In this document: positions 1-13,400 of the stretch, one piece after another | Numbering within the stretch: position 1 is the stretch's first letter | Layout: every line of letters begins with the position of its first letter | Assembly: GCA_964016885.1 (NCBI GenBank) | Contig: OZ024740.1 | Span: 427,056,001 to 427,120,000, forward strand | Direction of reading: 5' to 3' | From: Eledone cirrhosa | Taxonomy: Eukaryota | Length of the DNA stretch: 64,000 nucleotides | The notes under the pieces: generated by a model | The model's input: only the letters and a program-made list of their open reading frames with translations | Database searches by the model: none | Told to the model about the DNA's origin: nothing | Program-made: the position numbers and the translations under genes

Positions 1-19
1 ACAGGTTTCCATATAAGTG

Positions 20-50
<31 letters not shown>

Positions 51-268
51 GGCGGCCTCAGCCGAACTGAACTCAAGAATTGATCTCCACGTGGGTCTGT
101 CGTTCATTGCCGTTGCCAAGTCCTGGATTTCAATACCAGAATCTCTGGAGGTGATATCGGGATAGGAGAGTTTGTGCCCCATGTTATTAGTGACTGCTTG
201 TGGTTTCCAAAGCAATAATGGGGACACAGCCTCGTAGGTGGCACGATGGCAGTGGCCCACAATCTTAC
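20..268 (-). mobile_element. RTE-clade LINE 3' fragment with (GAT)n tail
   Basis: Minus ORF 45-260 reads GHCHRA..LLLWKP..LSYPD..RD.G...DL..AMNDRPTWR, the typical RTE C-terminus. It is followed directly by a (GAT)n tail (TCA repeats at 20-48 on plus). Confidence 0.7.
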
Positions 269-306
269 TCTCTTTTTACGAGTGATATATGAGTGACATA
301 TATATA

Positions 307-395
<89 letters not shown>

Positions 396-1041
396 CACTT
401 ACACACACAGTATATATAGAGATATATATATAATATGTAATAATGAATTTAAATACCTTAATGCTAATGACAATTATTTTTTAAATTTTATTCAATTCTG
501 TGACAGCAGAAGGCTATCGGATACCGTAGCTACGTTTTCGGCTTGTTTTTATGCTACAAAAGAAGGAACCCGGAGCCTTAAAGAGCCCAGAAGAACGCGA
601 ATTTCAAAATCAGACATTGTTTTGTCTTTATGCGACTGTTCGTATCTGCGAAAGTTCGTTCATAAGTCGTATATTCGTAAGGTGGGGACTTACTATATAC
701 AAGTTTTAGGTTTATACAACAAAAGATAAACTTCTGCGACAGTTTACTGGTTTCTCTTAGTTTTACGTCATATTGCCGCTATCTACACATTCCTCTTCTT
801 GTTGTTGGTGTCATTGTCGTCAAACTGCAGATTCTTGTTATTGTTGTTGTCGTCACCATCAGCAATGTTGTTGTATTTATTTTATTTTATTTTTCTTGCT
901 ATCATCGACATTTCTACCATTAAATTCTAGTGTATTTAGTTTCCGCTCTGAGTGACAATTTACTAGTTTTAAACCTGAATAATAAAAGCACCAACATCAT
1001 CACCATCAGCACTACCATCGCCACTATTATCACCACTGCTG

Positions 1042-1126
<85 letters not shown>

Positions 1127-1624
1127 GTCTGTATTCTACTTTTCAATCAGTTTCACTCATTTGTGTTGCTTTATTTTGCATGTTTGTTCCTGTGTTACCC
1201 ACATAAGAAGTAAGTTTGGTAAATTTGGGGAATGAATCTTAGTGACTGGCACTCATCAGCAGATAAAAGTCTGAGAAACGCTACAGTTTAATCATTTCAT
1301 TATTAACAGCTTTTACATGAAACTCGATCCTCGACTCGTTATAGTAATGTATATACATACACAATAAACAATTGATGAAGCTGTCGGCAAAAAACAAACA
1401 AGGATTACTTAATTGTAAAGATCTACAGAATTTCGAGAGGAAATTATGTTTGGAAGTAAAGACGAAAGAAAAATAACTAACAACGAGAATACAATGAAGA
1501 TAAAGACAAAACAACATAATGAGTTGAGAGAAAATATAAAGATCAGAATTTCAATGAAAAAGCACTGAGAGTTTTTATAGAATTATTACTAAATTAACAT
1601 CCGTTGTATAGGGAGTGTATATAG

Positions 1625-2105
1625 ATTGTTTTGATAATGATGGTAATGATACCAATGGGGATAATGGTGATAATGATGATGATGATGATAATGAAAATGA
1701 TGATGATGGTGATAATGATGATGATGATATTGCTGATAATTGTGATAATGGTGATAATGGTGATGGTAATGATAATGATGATAATGCTGGTGATGATGAT
1801 GATAATGATGATGATGTTGATGGTGATAATGATGATGATGATATTGATGATAATTGTGATAATGGTGATAATGGTGTTCGAGGATAATAATAACGATGGT
1901 AAATGGTGATAATGATGGTAATGATGATGATAATAATAATGATGGTTTCTTTATTATAATAATAATAATGATGATAATGATGATGATAATGATGATGATA
2001 ATGATGATGATGATAATGATGATGAGGATAATGATGAGGATAATGATGATGATAATGATGAAGACGATGATTTTAAGGATCTTAAAGAAAACGATGGCGA
2101 TGATG
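1625..2105. repeat. (GAT/AAT)-type degenerate trinucleotide repeat
   Basis: Direct reading. It produces spurious poly-D/M/H/I ORFs. Confidence 0.95.
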
Positions 2106-2257
2106 CATAAGAATGACAATAATTTATATTATGTACCACAACAAAGTACCACAACAATACATAACACTGACAAACATTTCAATATAATAGAGTACAATAA
2201 CTATTATACAAAACCAAACAAACGCTAAACACCAGTTACCTGTAGAAATACACACAC

Positions 2258-2300
<43 letters not shown>

Positions 2301-2451
2301 AGTTTATTATTATATATAATAAACAGAGCATGTACATTTAAAACCGTCTCTCTTCTTTATGTATCATCGAAACTCCGGTTAATACTTTCTCGAAGGAATA
2401 CAAAACTTATCTTGCTTTACGTCTGGTTACAACAACAGTTGGTGGATTATC

Positions 2452-2529
2452 TGATCAACCAACTTTCCTAAATTGAATAATATATATATATATATATATA
2501 TTATTCAATTTAGGAAAGTCGGTTGATCA
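2452..2529. repeat. Palindrome centred on (TA)n
   Basis: tgatcaaccaactttcctaaattgaataa-(TA)n-ttattcaatttaggaaagtcggttgatca, with one mismatch. Confidence 0.9.
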
Positions 2530-2543
2530 TATATATATATATC

Positions 2544-2583
<40 letters not shown>

Positions 2584-2611
2584 TATATAGCACATATATA
2601 TATATATAGAC

Positions 2612-2642
<31 letters not shown>

Positions 2643-2682
2643 CGATATTAACAAATGGAAACTATATTTATAAAACCCTATT

Positions 2683-2747
2683 TATTTCATTATACATATT
2701 TCAAGGACACCAAGTTAAATTATGGTGTGCTTTCATCAGATAAAATA
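2683..2747 (-). ncRNA. Hammerhead ribozyme motif A1 (minimal type I)
   Basis: Minus strand: tattttat-CTGATGA-aagcacacca..tggtgtcctt-GAAA-tatgta-TA-atgaaata. Stems I and II pair. Confidence 0.75.
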
Positions 2748-2902
2748 TAATATAGAGCAGTTTTATAAATAAATATTGACATACCCTTAAAGAATGCAAC
2801 CATTACTGTTGGAAGCTCCGGGATAGTCCGGGAGCTTCCAACAGTAATGGTTGCATTCTTTAAGGGTATGTCAATATTTATTTATAAAACTGCTCTATAT
2901 TA

Positions 2903-2967
2903 TATTTTATCTGATGAAAGCACACTATAATTTAACTTGGTGTCCTTGAAATATGTATAATGAAATA
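2903..2967 (+). ncRNA. Hammerhead ribozyme motif A2
   Basis: tattttat-CTGATGA-aagcacacta..tggtgtcctt-GAAA-tatgta-TA-atgaaata. Confidence 0.75.
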
Positions 2968-3094
2968 AATATGGTTTTATAAATATAGTTTCCATTTGTT
3001 AATATCGTATTTTTACTCCAATTATTTGTTGAGTGCTTTATATCAGTTATAAAAATATTTGCTTGTTATATCCCAACAATCTAAATAGAACTTT

Positions 3095-3137
<43 letters not shown>

Positions 3138-3615
3138 ATAATAATGAATGTGAAGACTAAAATCTGAAGAGGGCTTGATAAGAATAATGTAAATATCAAA
3201 TATATAAAACCATAGAGCAAATGCTTAAACTTTAATCTGTTATTTTAAAAAGTATAAATAAATACGTAGCGATCTCTAGGGTAAAAAAATAGAATTAATT
3301 AGAGTTACTTCCCGTAGGCATTATAAATAGACGAGACTTGTGTTTCTTACTCTCTTATTCGCTGCCGGCATCGTTCTGACGAGCAGCTCTCTATACTCTG
3401 GCGACTACTTCGGAACTGAATACTATATGTACAGAGCATATCACCTCTATCTTGCATGCCCGGATTACTTCATCTTTATTTCTCAAGTGGTTGGATACCA
3501 GCGGTATCTTCCGGAGAAGATTAAACCAATAAACCAATTCACAAAACTGGTGACACCGACGTGATATTTCCTCATGGACACATGTTTTTGTCAGAGATGA
3601 CACATATATATATAT

Positions 3616-3840
3616 AAGGAAAGATATATTTAATTTGCTGGTAATTCAACAAATTTATTTATAACAGATTCGAAGCACTCGACAAGTTTCCTGGAGTATA
3701 AAATCAATGATATTAATAAATGGAAACTATATTTATAAAACCATATTTATTTTATTATATATATTTCAAGGGTACCAAAAATCTTTGGTACGCCCTCATC
3801 AGATAAAATACAAAATTTGTTTTATAAATAGTGACATACC
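3616..3840 (-). mobile_element. Family A pLTR fragment with long 3' tail
   Basis: Homologous to 56384-56612. Abuts (TA)n at about 3615. Confidence 0.8.
3748..3810 (-). ncRNA. Hammerhead ribozyme motif A3
   Basis: Minus strand: tattttat-CTGATGA-gggcgtaccaaa..tttggtaccctt-GAAA-tatata-TA-ataaaata. Perfect 8-bp stem I. Confidence 0.8.
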
Positions 3841-4495
3841 CGAGAAACCAGACCTTATCAGTTCAGGTTCCAAACGGAACATGGCTGTAGACATGACACT
3901 TTTCAGAGCTCAGTGGTTAATGGGGGGGGGGGGATTTTCTTCAAATTGAATATCTGGTTTGGATGCTTGCAATAATGTGTATTCCACTCTAAAAACCCAA
4001 TGGTTATGTGGTGGTATTAAACCGACTGAGGTATTATGCCTGCCACCCAAGTAGGTGAAAGAACGGTTGAACTTAGAATGCAATGAGCTGAAACAACTAC
4101 CGTGATGTATCTCATTCAAGGCTCTATCAATTCTTCCAATCTATCTCTCTGTACTGACCCATTATTTTCTCAATTCCATTAGGATGAAAAATAAAGTTTG
4201 TCCTCCGCGAGATTTTCACTCGGAGAACAGAGAGTTGGAATAAATACGGCAAAGAATTTTATCCCAAACGATCCAACCTTATGGAAACATGAGGCAGGAA
4301 ATATATCCAAATACGGGTGGGAGGCGTCAGTAATATTCATAGAAATACCTGGAATTTGGTTAGATATTTTCTCATTAGTAATCGGAAAGATATATGTGAT
4401 GTGAAAAAACATTTAAATATAATACAATGAAGCCTTCTAAGACGAAAAACTAATGATCATGCATTTGGATATGTAAAACAAATATGGTTTCTTAT

Positions 4496-4645
4496 ATAGG
4501 CACAAGGTCATCGATTTTGGAGGAGGCGAAAGTAGATTTAATCGCCCCCAGTGCGTGACTGGTACTTTATTTTATCAACCCCGTAAGGATGAAAGGCAAA
4601 GTTAACCTTGGCGAGATTTGAACTCAGATAATAAAGGGCCATAAA
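4496..4645 (-). mobile_element. tRNA-derived SINE family 1 fragment
   Basis: ggcacaagg..ggtactttattttatcaaccccgtaaggatgaaaggcaaagttaacc..gatttgaactcag, shared with more than 10 copies in the window. Confidence 0.8.
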
Positions 4646-6037
4646 TATGTAAAACAAATATGTTCAAATATTCGGACACTGAGTAAAACGCTGAAAACAT
4701 CAAACCTTAATGTATTTTCTGAAATTGGAGTAATTATTTAGCCTTGTCCATCAGCACCTAGGTAGAAATTGAACTCATAAATCCCTTGAACGGAATAGAT
4801 ACCACAAGCATCTAATCTCTCTCTAAATTTCCACTAATCATTTCTCTGAATTGGTATTTATTTATGGAACTCAAATATGACATTTAATGTTTTGAATATG
4901 GTAGGATCTGATTTTAGGGGAAGTTAGTATTAAAAGAATTACAATGCACAAAGGAAATTCTTGCAGAACATTGGGTATAATGTATGCAATGAAACCAGTA
5001 TATTATGTAAACTTTATTTTACCTACACACCAAGCAGTCTCTTACTAGATGAATCTAAAAGGCGACTCAGATGGACTTTAAACTGAAATCTTAGATGAAG
5101 CCAAAGATAATAATCATTTTGTCCAGGGTTCTATCATTTCCGTCAACACCAACAAACACCCTACGAGTCAAAGAAGGGGTACTGATTTCCCAGAAACCAT
5201 ATCTCCCTGAAATCGCAGCCTACTGTCTTTCAATAGTACACATTATGATAGTCATAAATACACTACTATAAAAAACATGGAATGGTTACAGTTGGAATAC
5301 ATTTGATTATAGGTCTGGTCGATAAGGTTTATTCGGTTAAACAATATAACAACAATATCAACTCCACAATAATGATTGTAATATATTCTTATCGGGCCCA
5401 GTTTGATTAGCTGATGATAGAAACAGCTAAAATAGATTATTTTTATATCTTTGAGGAGACTTGAAAACAGCACTTGACGATAATGAAATGGTTGTCACTA
5501 CTCCAGTGATGACAGATATCGACGTAGTCATGTAGTATGCTAGAAATAGTAGCCAAATGTCCTTATGTTGGATAATGTGGTACCCGCGTAGAGGAAAACA
5601 GGAAGGATAAGTTTGACTGGAATTGTATTTAGCTGGTGTGTACTTTACACCTTCTGGCCAAAGAATGAAAAAAATTCTGCGTTAAGTACGAAGGCTTTTT
5701 CTTAGCTTCAGATCTGCACTGACTGATCAGAATTATAATCGAAGGTACTGCAACGATGATTATTTAATGTTTAGAGGGTCTTATTAGACTACATTGTCTA
5801 GTGCACACTTACATATTTTATGATGGTAATAATTTGAAGAATATTTAGCTGCTATTTGTAGCATTCACACAACCATGTAGAGTCCCTCCATGGGCTCGTT
5901 GTTCAATTAGGTCTCGTCTTTTCTGTATTTTAAAGGCACATTAGAGCTACAAATACATTATCAAAATTGTTAATTGTTTTTTTTTTTTTCAGCTTTCCGG
6001 TTGTCATTTGAAAGTGATATGATTGTTATCTGTAACA

Positions 6038-7089
6038 GGTCGACTGACTGGGTAGAAGCTTCCTCGTGGTCGACTGAGTAGGTAGAAGCTTCCTCGTGGT
6101 CGACTGAGTAGGTAGAAGCTTCCTCGTGGTCGACTGAGTAGGTACAACCTTCCTCGTGGTCGACTGAGTAGGTAGAACCTTCCTCGTGGTCGACTGAGTA
6201 GGTACAACCTTCCTCGTGGTCGACTGAGTAGGTAGAAGCTTCCTCGTGGTCGACTGAGTAGGTAGAACCTTCCTCGTGGTCGACTGAGTAGGTAGACGCT
6301 TCCTCGTGGTCGACTGAGTAGGTAGAAGCTTCCTCGTGGTCGACTGAGTAGGTACAACCTTCCTCGTGGTCGACTGAGTAGGTACAACCTTCCTCGTGGT
6401 CGACTGAGTAGGTAGACGCTTCCTCGTGGTCGACTGAGTAGGTAGAAGCTTCCTCGTGGTCGACTGAGTAGGTAGACGCTTCCTCGTGGTCGACTGAGTA
6501 GGTAGAACCTTCCTCGTGGTCGACTGAGTAGGTAGAACCTTCCTCGTGGTCGACTGAGTAGGTACAACCTTCCTCGTGGTCGACTGAGTAGGTACAACCT
6601 TCCTCGTGGTCGACTGAGTAGGTAGAAGCTTCCTCGTGGTCGACTGAGTAGGTAGAAGCTTCCTCGTGGTCGACTGAGTAGGTACAACCTTCCTCGTGGT
6701 CGACTGAGTAGGTAGAACCTTCCTCGTGGTCGACTGAGTAGGTACAACCTTCCTCGTGGTCGACTGAGTAGGTAGACGCTTCCTCGTGGTCGACTGAGTA
6801 GGTAGAAGCTTCCTCGTGGTCGACTGAGTAGGTACAACCTTCCTCGTGGTCGACTGAGTAGGTAGAACCTTCCTCGTGGTCGACTGAGTAGGTACAACCT
6901 TCCTCGTGGTCGACTGAGTAGGTAGAACCTTCCTCGTGGTCGACTGAGTAGGTACAACCTTCCTCGTGGTCGACTGAGTAGGTAGACGCTTCCTCGTGGT
7001 CGACTGAGTAGGTACAACCTTCCTCGTGGTCGACTGAGTAGGTAGAACCTTCCTCGTGGTCGACTGAGTAGGTAGACGCTTCCTCGTGG
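6038..7089. repeat. 30-bp minisatellite, about 35 units (tcctcgtggtcgactgagtaggtagaagct)
   Basis: Exact 30-bp phasing. Variation is confined to three positions. Confidence 0.98.
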
Positions 7090-7245
7090 ATAATATGTTC
7101 TCACTATCGAGCTGCGTACCACAGATTCTATGATTAACTGGTTTTCAGGTAACTCTATTAAATCTTCAATGAATAATTAAGAAGGCTGTTTAATAGTAAT
7201 CGAATTATCCTTTTAGCCATTTTTGACAGATAATGGCACAAACAG

Positions 7246-7510
7246 TGGAGGTGCGTGGCTTTGTATTATAGGTGTTGAACTTACGATAATAATGTCGTGG
7301 ATTCGATTCCTCGGCTGGGTTGTGTGTTGTGTTTTTGAACAAAACACTTCGTTTCACGTTGCTCCAGTCTACTCAGCTGAAAATGAGAACCAGCAATAGC
7401 TGAGAGGGTTAACCCTGTGATGGATTGGCGTCCTATCTATGGGGCAAGTCTTGTACTCTCAATCGCTTCACGCCATGAAAACGGGATAAGCACCGGTCTG
7501 GTGGCTTGCC
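7246..7510 (+). mobile_element. tRNA-derived CORE-like SINE family 2
   Basis: gtggaggtgcgtggc head, B-box-like ttcgattcc, CORE-like ttgaacaaaacacttcgtttcacgttgctccagt..aaaatgag. Tail shared with 23187-23385. Confidence 0.7.
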
Positions 7511-7789
7511 ACAAACTTTAGAGTTTAGAATGACTCACCTGGTCTAGTTGTGGCACGAAGGAGAAACAAGAGCAATACAAGTGTAGAGACGCAACTGAAG
7601 GGAGAGTGGCACGACTGGAGCAACAAGAGCAATACAATTGGTGTGATAGTGATGCAACTGTAGGGACAATGGCACTATTGAAATGATTGTTAAATTTAGC
7701 CTGGTTACAGAATTAGTGTGGAAGTGACAAGATTGGAAGAGCACACAGAATATTAGAGCGGATATAAAACAACAATTCAATTATAGGAC

Positions 7790-8185
7790 TGACTTTATGG
7801 CATAGGATTACACCTCTTTACGATCTGAGTTCAAATCCTGTCGTGGTTAGCTTTGCCTTTCATCCTTACAGAGTCGATAAAATAAAGTGCCATTAACCCT
7901 TTAGCATTTACATCACTCTATATATACTATTGTATTTTGTGGTAAACACTTTACCTCACAATTATCTCACATAATATCAAATCTACGAGATGCTGATGTT
8001 ATTTATTTGAGAACAACACCTTAACAGCTGTATGAGTGGCTGGTTAAGGCCAGTTTGAACAGAAAGAGGTGAGAGAATTCTGGCCGGATATGGCCGGTTT
8101 AAATGCTAAAGGGTTAATACACTGGGGTCAATTTAATCGACTTTCTCCTCCCCAAAATTGTTGGCCTTGTACCTAAATCAAAAAC
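7790..8185 (+). mobile_element. SINE family 1 copy interrupted by a MITE
   Basis: tctgagttcaaatcc..aataaagtgcca, then the insert, then tacactgggg..ggccttgtacc. Collinear with intact copies. Confidence 0.8.
7897..8113. mobile_element. Non-autonomous piggyBac-type MITE
   Basis: 14-bp TIRs CCCTTTAGCATTTA and TAAATGCTAAAGGG. TTAA is duplicated at 7893-7896 and 8114-8117. Confidence 0.85.
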
Positions 8186-8824
8186 GAATATTAGGACTGA
8201 CTGTGACACAAATGTAGTTGACATGATACAGTAGGACACAATACGAGTGGCAGTGCCAACATTGGTATGGAAGTGATATAACAGGTGTGGCAATAATACA
8301 GTTAGAATGACTGACACAAATGAAGTACATTGAAATACATTGAATAACAGTGACACAATAGAATGAGTTTGATACAATTGGAAGGAGTGTGACACAAAGC
8401 CGTAGAGGTGACAATTACCACAGGGAATTCTTATTACGAGGTTTTAAAATACACTTGTAAGTTTTACAGTGATAAACACAGCTGATTAAAGTGTTCTTAA
8501 TCATGATGATGATGGTGGTGATGATGATGATGACGACGACAGTGGCAGTGACAATGGCGGCGACGGTAGTGGAGTGGTGCTGATGATGATGATGATGATG
8601 ATGATCAATAAATGCTGTACACCAATTTCGTCAGCGTGTGCAGCATTTAAAAGAATAACAATAATGTTTAAGGTTGCACTTGGTAACCCTGTCTTGAAAC
8701 AATGTGCGGCCCCAAACATGTAATGTTGATAGATATTAAAAGACATATTTCAAGTTACTTGTCAAAACAATCGCATGAACTATTCTGAACAGATTCACAG
8801 AATTACAGGCATTAGTTAGGCTGC

Positions 8825-9780
8825 TACTGATGATGGTGATGGTGATGATGATGGTGTTGGTGGGGGTGATGATGGTGATGATGGTGTTGGTGGTGGTGAT
8901 GGTGGTGGTGATGATGGTGTTGGCGGTGGTGATGATGGTGATGATGGTGATTATGGTGATGATGATGATGGTGGTGAGGGTGATGATGGTGGTGATGGTG
9001 GTGATGATGGTGTTGATGGTGGTGATGATGATGGTGGTGAGGGTGATGATGGTGGTGATGGTGGTGATGATGGTGTTGATGGTGGTGATGATGGTGATGA
9101 TGGTGGTGGTGGTGGTGGTGATGGTGATGGTGATGATGGTGTTGGGGGTGGTGATGATGGTGATGATGGTGATTATGGTGATGATGATGATGGTGGTGAG
9201 GGTGATGATGGTGGTGATGGTGGTGATGATGGTGATGATGGTGGTGGTGGTGGTGGTGATGGTGATGGTGATGATGGTGTTTGGGGTGGTGATGATGGTG
9301 ATGATGGTGATTATGGTGATGATGATGATGGTGGTGAGGGTGATGATGGTGATGGTGATGATGGTGATGGTGACGGTAATGGTGATGATGGTGATGGTGA
9401 TAATGATGGTGGTGATGATGGTGATGGTGATGATGGTGATGATGATGATGACGGTGATGATGATGGTGATGGTAATGGTGATGATGGTGATGGTGATAAT
9501 GATGGTGGTGATGATGGTGATGGTGATGATGGTGATGATGATGATGACGGTGATGATGATGGTGGTGATGATGGTGATGGTGATGATGACGGTGATGGTG
9601 ATGGTGATGATGATAGTGAAGGTAATGATGTTGATGATGGTGATGGTGATGGTGATAATAACGACGACGACGATGATGACGATGATGATGATAATGATGA
9701 CGATGATGATGATGACGGCGATGATGATCATATTGATGATGACGATGATGATGGTGATGATGATGATAGAGGCGATGATC
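8825..9780. repeat. (GAT/GGT)n degenerate trinucleotide array
   Basis: Direct reading, with internal block duplications. Confidence 0.95.
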
Positions 9781-10104
9781 TGTCACGTTAAACGAGTTGT
9801 AATGAGACATATGGAAGCTGTTGGTATAACAACAATACTACAAATAACAAGAATAACAAACACAAACCAGAAAACCATAACAACAAAGTGAGAAAGAAAG
9901 AAAGATGTTAATTTAAAATAAATAATAATGGCTGCTTCTTCCTGTTTTGACAAAAGCTAAACTTTAAATCATTATCAGTGTCTATTTTGACCTTAAACAT
10001 TTCTCAGTAAATGTTTTACAGCAAACTGAAAACTTACTCTTCTTTTATTTATCTGTCTTCTTGACAGATAGAAACTGAGGAAACAACAAAAGACTTATGT
10101 AAGG

Positions 10105-10164
<60 letters not shown>

Positions 10165-10217
10165 GCCCAGCATTACCGAAATCCAATGATTTCAACATAT
10201 ATATATATGTATGTATG

Positions 10218-10251
<34 letters not shown>

Positions 10252-10304
10252 TGTATGTATGTATGTATGTATGTATGTATGTATATGTGAGGGTGTGTAT
10301 TTAC

Positions 10305-10401
<97 letters not shown>

Positions 10402-10494
10402 TGTGTGTGTGTGTAGTGGGAGGGATGGCTACCACCTCGCTATCGTAAATGACCAGCTTCTTCCTCTTGGGTTTTCAAGACGACGGAAACATGC

Positions 10495-13400
10495 AACATC
10501 ATAGAACCCTCCAATATACCATACACCGTCATAGAACCCTCCAATATACCATACACCGTCATAGAACCCTCCAATATACCATACACCGTCATAGAACCCT
10601 CTAATGTACCATACACCATCATAGTACCCTCTAATATACCATAAACCATCATAGAACCTTCTAATGTACCATACACCGTCATAGAACCCTCTAGTGTACC
10701 ATACACCATCATATAACCCTCTAACGTACCATACACCATCATAGAACCCTCTAATGTACCATACACCATCATAGAACCCTCTAATATACCTTACACCGTC
10801 ATAGAACCCTCTAATGTACCATACACCATCATAGAACCTTCTAATGTACCATACACCATCATAGAACCATCTAATGTACCATACACCATCATAGAACCCT
10901 CTAATATACCATACACCGTCATAGAACCCTCTAATGTACCATACACCATCATAAAACCCTCTAATATACCATACACCATCATAGAACCCTCTAATATACC
11001 ATAAACCATCATATAACCCTCTAATATACCATACACCGTCAGAGAACCCTCTAATATACCATACACCATCATAGACCCCTCCAATATACCATAAACCATC
11101 ATAGAACCTTCTAATGTACCATACACCGTCATAGAACCCTCTAATGTACCATACACCATCATAGAACCCTCTAATATACCATAAACCATCATAGAACCTT
11201 CTAATGTACCATACACCGTCATAGAACCCTCTAATGTACCATACACCGTCATAGAACCCTCCAATATACCATACACCGTCATAGAACCCTCCAATACACC
11301 ATACACCGTCATAGAACCCTCTAATGTACCATACACCATCATAGAACACTCTAATATACCATAAACCATCATAAAACCTTCTAATGTATCATACACCATC
11401 ATAGAACCCTCTAATATACCATATACCGTCATAGAACCCTCCAATATACAATACACCGTCATAGAACCCTCCAATATACCATACACCGTCATAGAACCCT
11501 CTAATGTACCATACACTATCATAGAACCCTCTAATGTACCATACACCATCATAGAACCCTCTAATGTACCATACACCGTCATAGAACCCTCTAATATACC
11601 ATACACCGTCATAGAACCCTCTAATGTACTATACAGCGTGATAGAACCCTCTAATGTACCATACACCGTCATAGAACCCTCTAATGTACCATACACCGTC
11701 ATATAACCCTCCAATATACCATACACCATCATAGAACCCTCTAATGTACCATACACCGTCATAGAACCCTCTAATGTACCATACACCATCATAGAACCCT
11801 CTAATGTACCATAAACCATCATAGAACACTCTAATGTACCATACACCGTCATAGAACCCTCTAATATACCATACACCGTCATAGAACCCTCTAATGTACT
11901 ATACACCGTGATAGAACCCTCTAATGTACCATACACCGTCATAGAACCCTCTAATGTACGGTACACCGTCATATAACCCTCCAATATATCATATGCCATC
12001 ATAGAACCCTCTAATATAGCAATCACAATCATAGAACCCACTAATATACCATACACCGTCATAGAACCCTCTAATATACCATACACCATCATAGAACACT
12101 CTAATATACCATACACCGTCATAGAACCCTCTAATGTACTATACACCGTGATAGAACCCTCTAATGTACCATACACCGTCATAGAACCCTCTAATGTACC
12201 ATACACCGTCATATAACCCTCCAATATACCATACACCGTCATAGAACCCTCTAATGTACCATACACCGTCATATAACCCTCCAATATACCATACACCATC
12301 ATAGAACCCTCTAATGTACCATACACCGTCATAGAACCCTCTAATATACCATACACCGTCATAGAACCCTCTAATATACCAATCACCATCGTAGAACCCT
12401 CTAATGTACCAAACACCATCATAAAACCCTCTAATGTATCATACACCATCATAGAACCCTCTAATATATCATACACCGTCATAGAACCCTCTAATATAGC
12501 AATCACAATCATAGAACCCACTAATATACCATACACCGTCATAGAACCCTCTAATATACCATACACCATCATAGAACACTCTCATATACCATACACCGTC
12601 ATACAACCTTCTAATGTACCATACACCATCATAGAACCCTCTAATATACCATACACCGCCATAGAAATCTCTAATGTACTATACACCATCATAGAACCTC
12701 TAATGTACCATACACCGTCATAGAACCCTCTAGTGTACCATACACCATCATAGAACCCTCTAACGTACCATACACCATCATAGAACCCTCTAATGTACCA
12801 TGCACCATCATAGAACCCTCTAATATACCATACACCGTCATAGAACCCTCTAATGTACCATACACCATCATAGAACCCTCTAATGTACCATACACCATCA
12901 CAGAACCCTCTAATGTACCATACACCATCATAGCACCCTCTAATATACCATACACCGTCATAGAACCCTCTAATGTACCATACACCATCATAAAACCCTC
13001 TAATATACCATACACCATCATAGAACCCTCTAATATACCATAAACCATCATATAACCCTCTAATATACCATACACCGTCAGAGAACCCTCTAATATACCA
13101 TACACCATCATAAACCCCTCCAATATACCATAAACCATCATAAAACCCTCTAATATACCATACACCGTCATAGAACCCTCTAATGTACCATACACCATCA
13201 TAGAACCCTCTAATATACCATAAACCATCATAGAACCTTCTAATGTACCATACACCGTCATAGAACCCTCTAGTTTACCATACACCATCATAGAACCCTC
13301 TAACGTACCATACACCGTCATATAACCCTCTAATGTACCATACACCATCATAGAACCCTCTAATATACCATAAACCATCATAGGACCTTATAATGTACCA

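Larger units (their letters stand above)
2641..3098. mobile_element. Head-to-head inverted pair of Penelope-type pLTR fragments, family A
   Basis: Near-perfect arms of about 180 bp (2641-2820 and 2830-3010). The right arm has a further tail of about 90 bp. (TA)n flanks both sides. Homologous to 55990-56203 downstream of the PLE ORF. Confidence 0.85.

Noticed and set aside
2369-2390. GAAACTCCGGTT, a possible 3' half of a hammerhead
   Set aside because: No upstream CUGANGA. At best a truncated remnant.
3378-3600. CTGACGA inside a (TA)n-flanked segment
   Set aside because: No downstream GAAA-N6-UH or pairing stems found.
6004-7122. 372-aa YLLSRPRG repeat ORF, CRISPR-like periodicity, and an HDV-like ACCTTCCTCGTGGTCGAC string
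   Set aside because: A stop-free 30-bp unit makes an ORF automatically. There are no unique spacers or cas genes. The HDV resemblance covers only P3/L3, with no P2 or P4.
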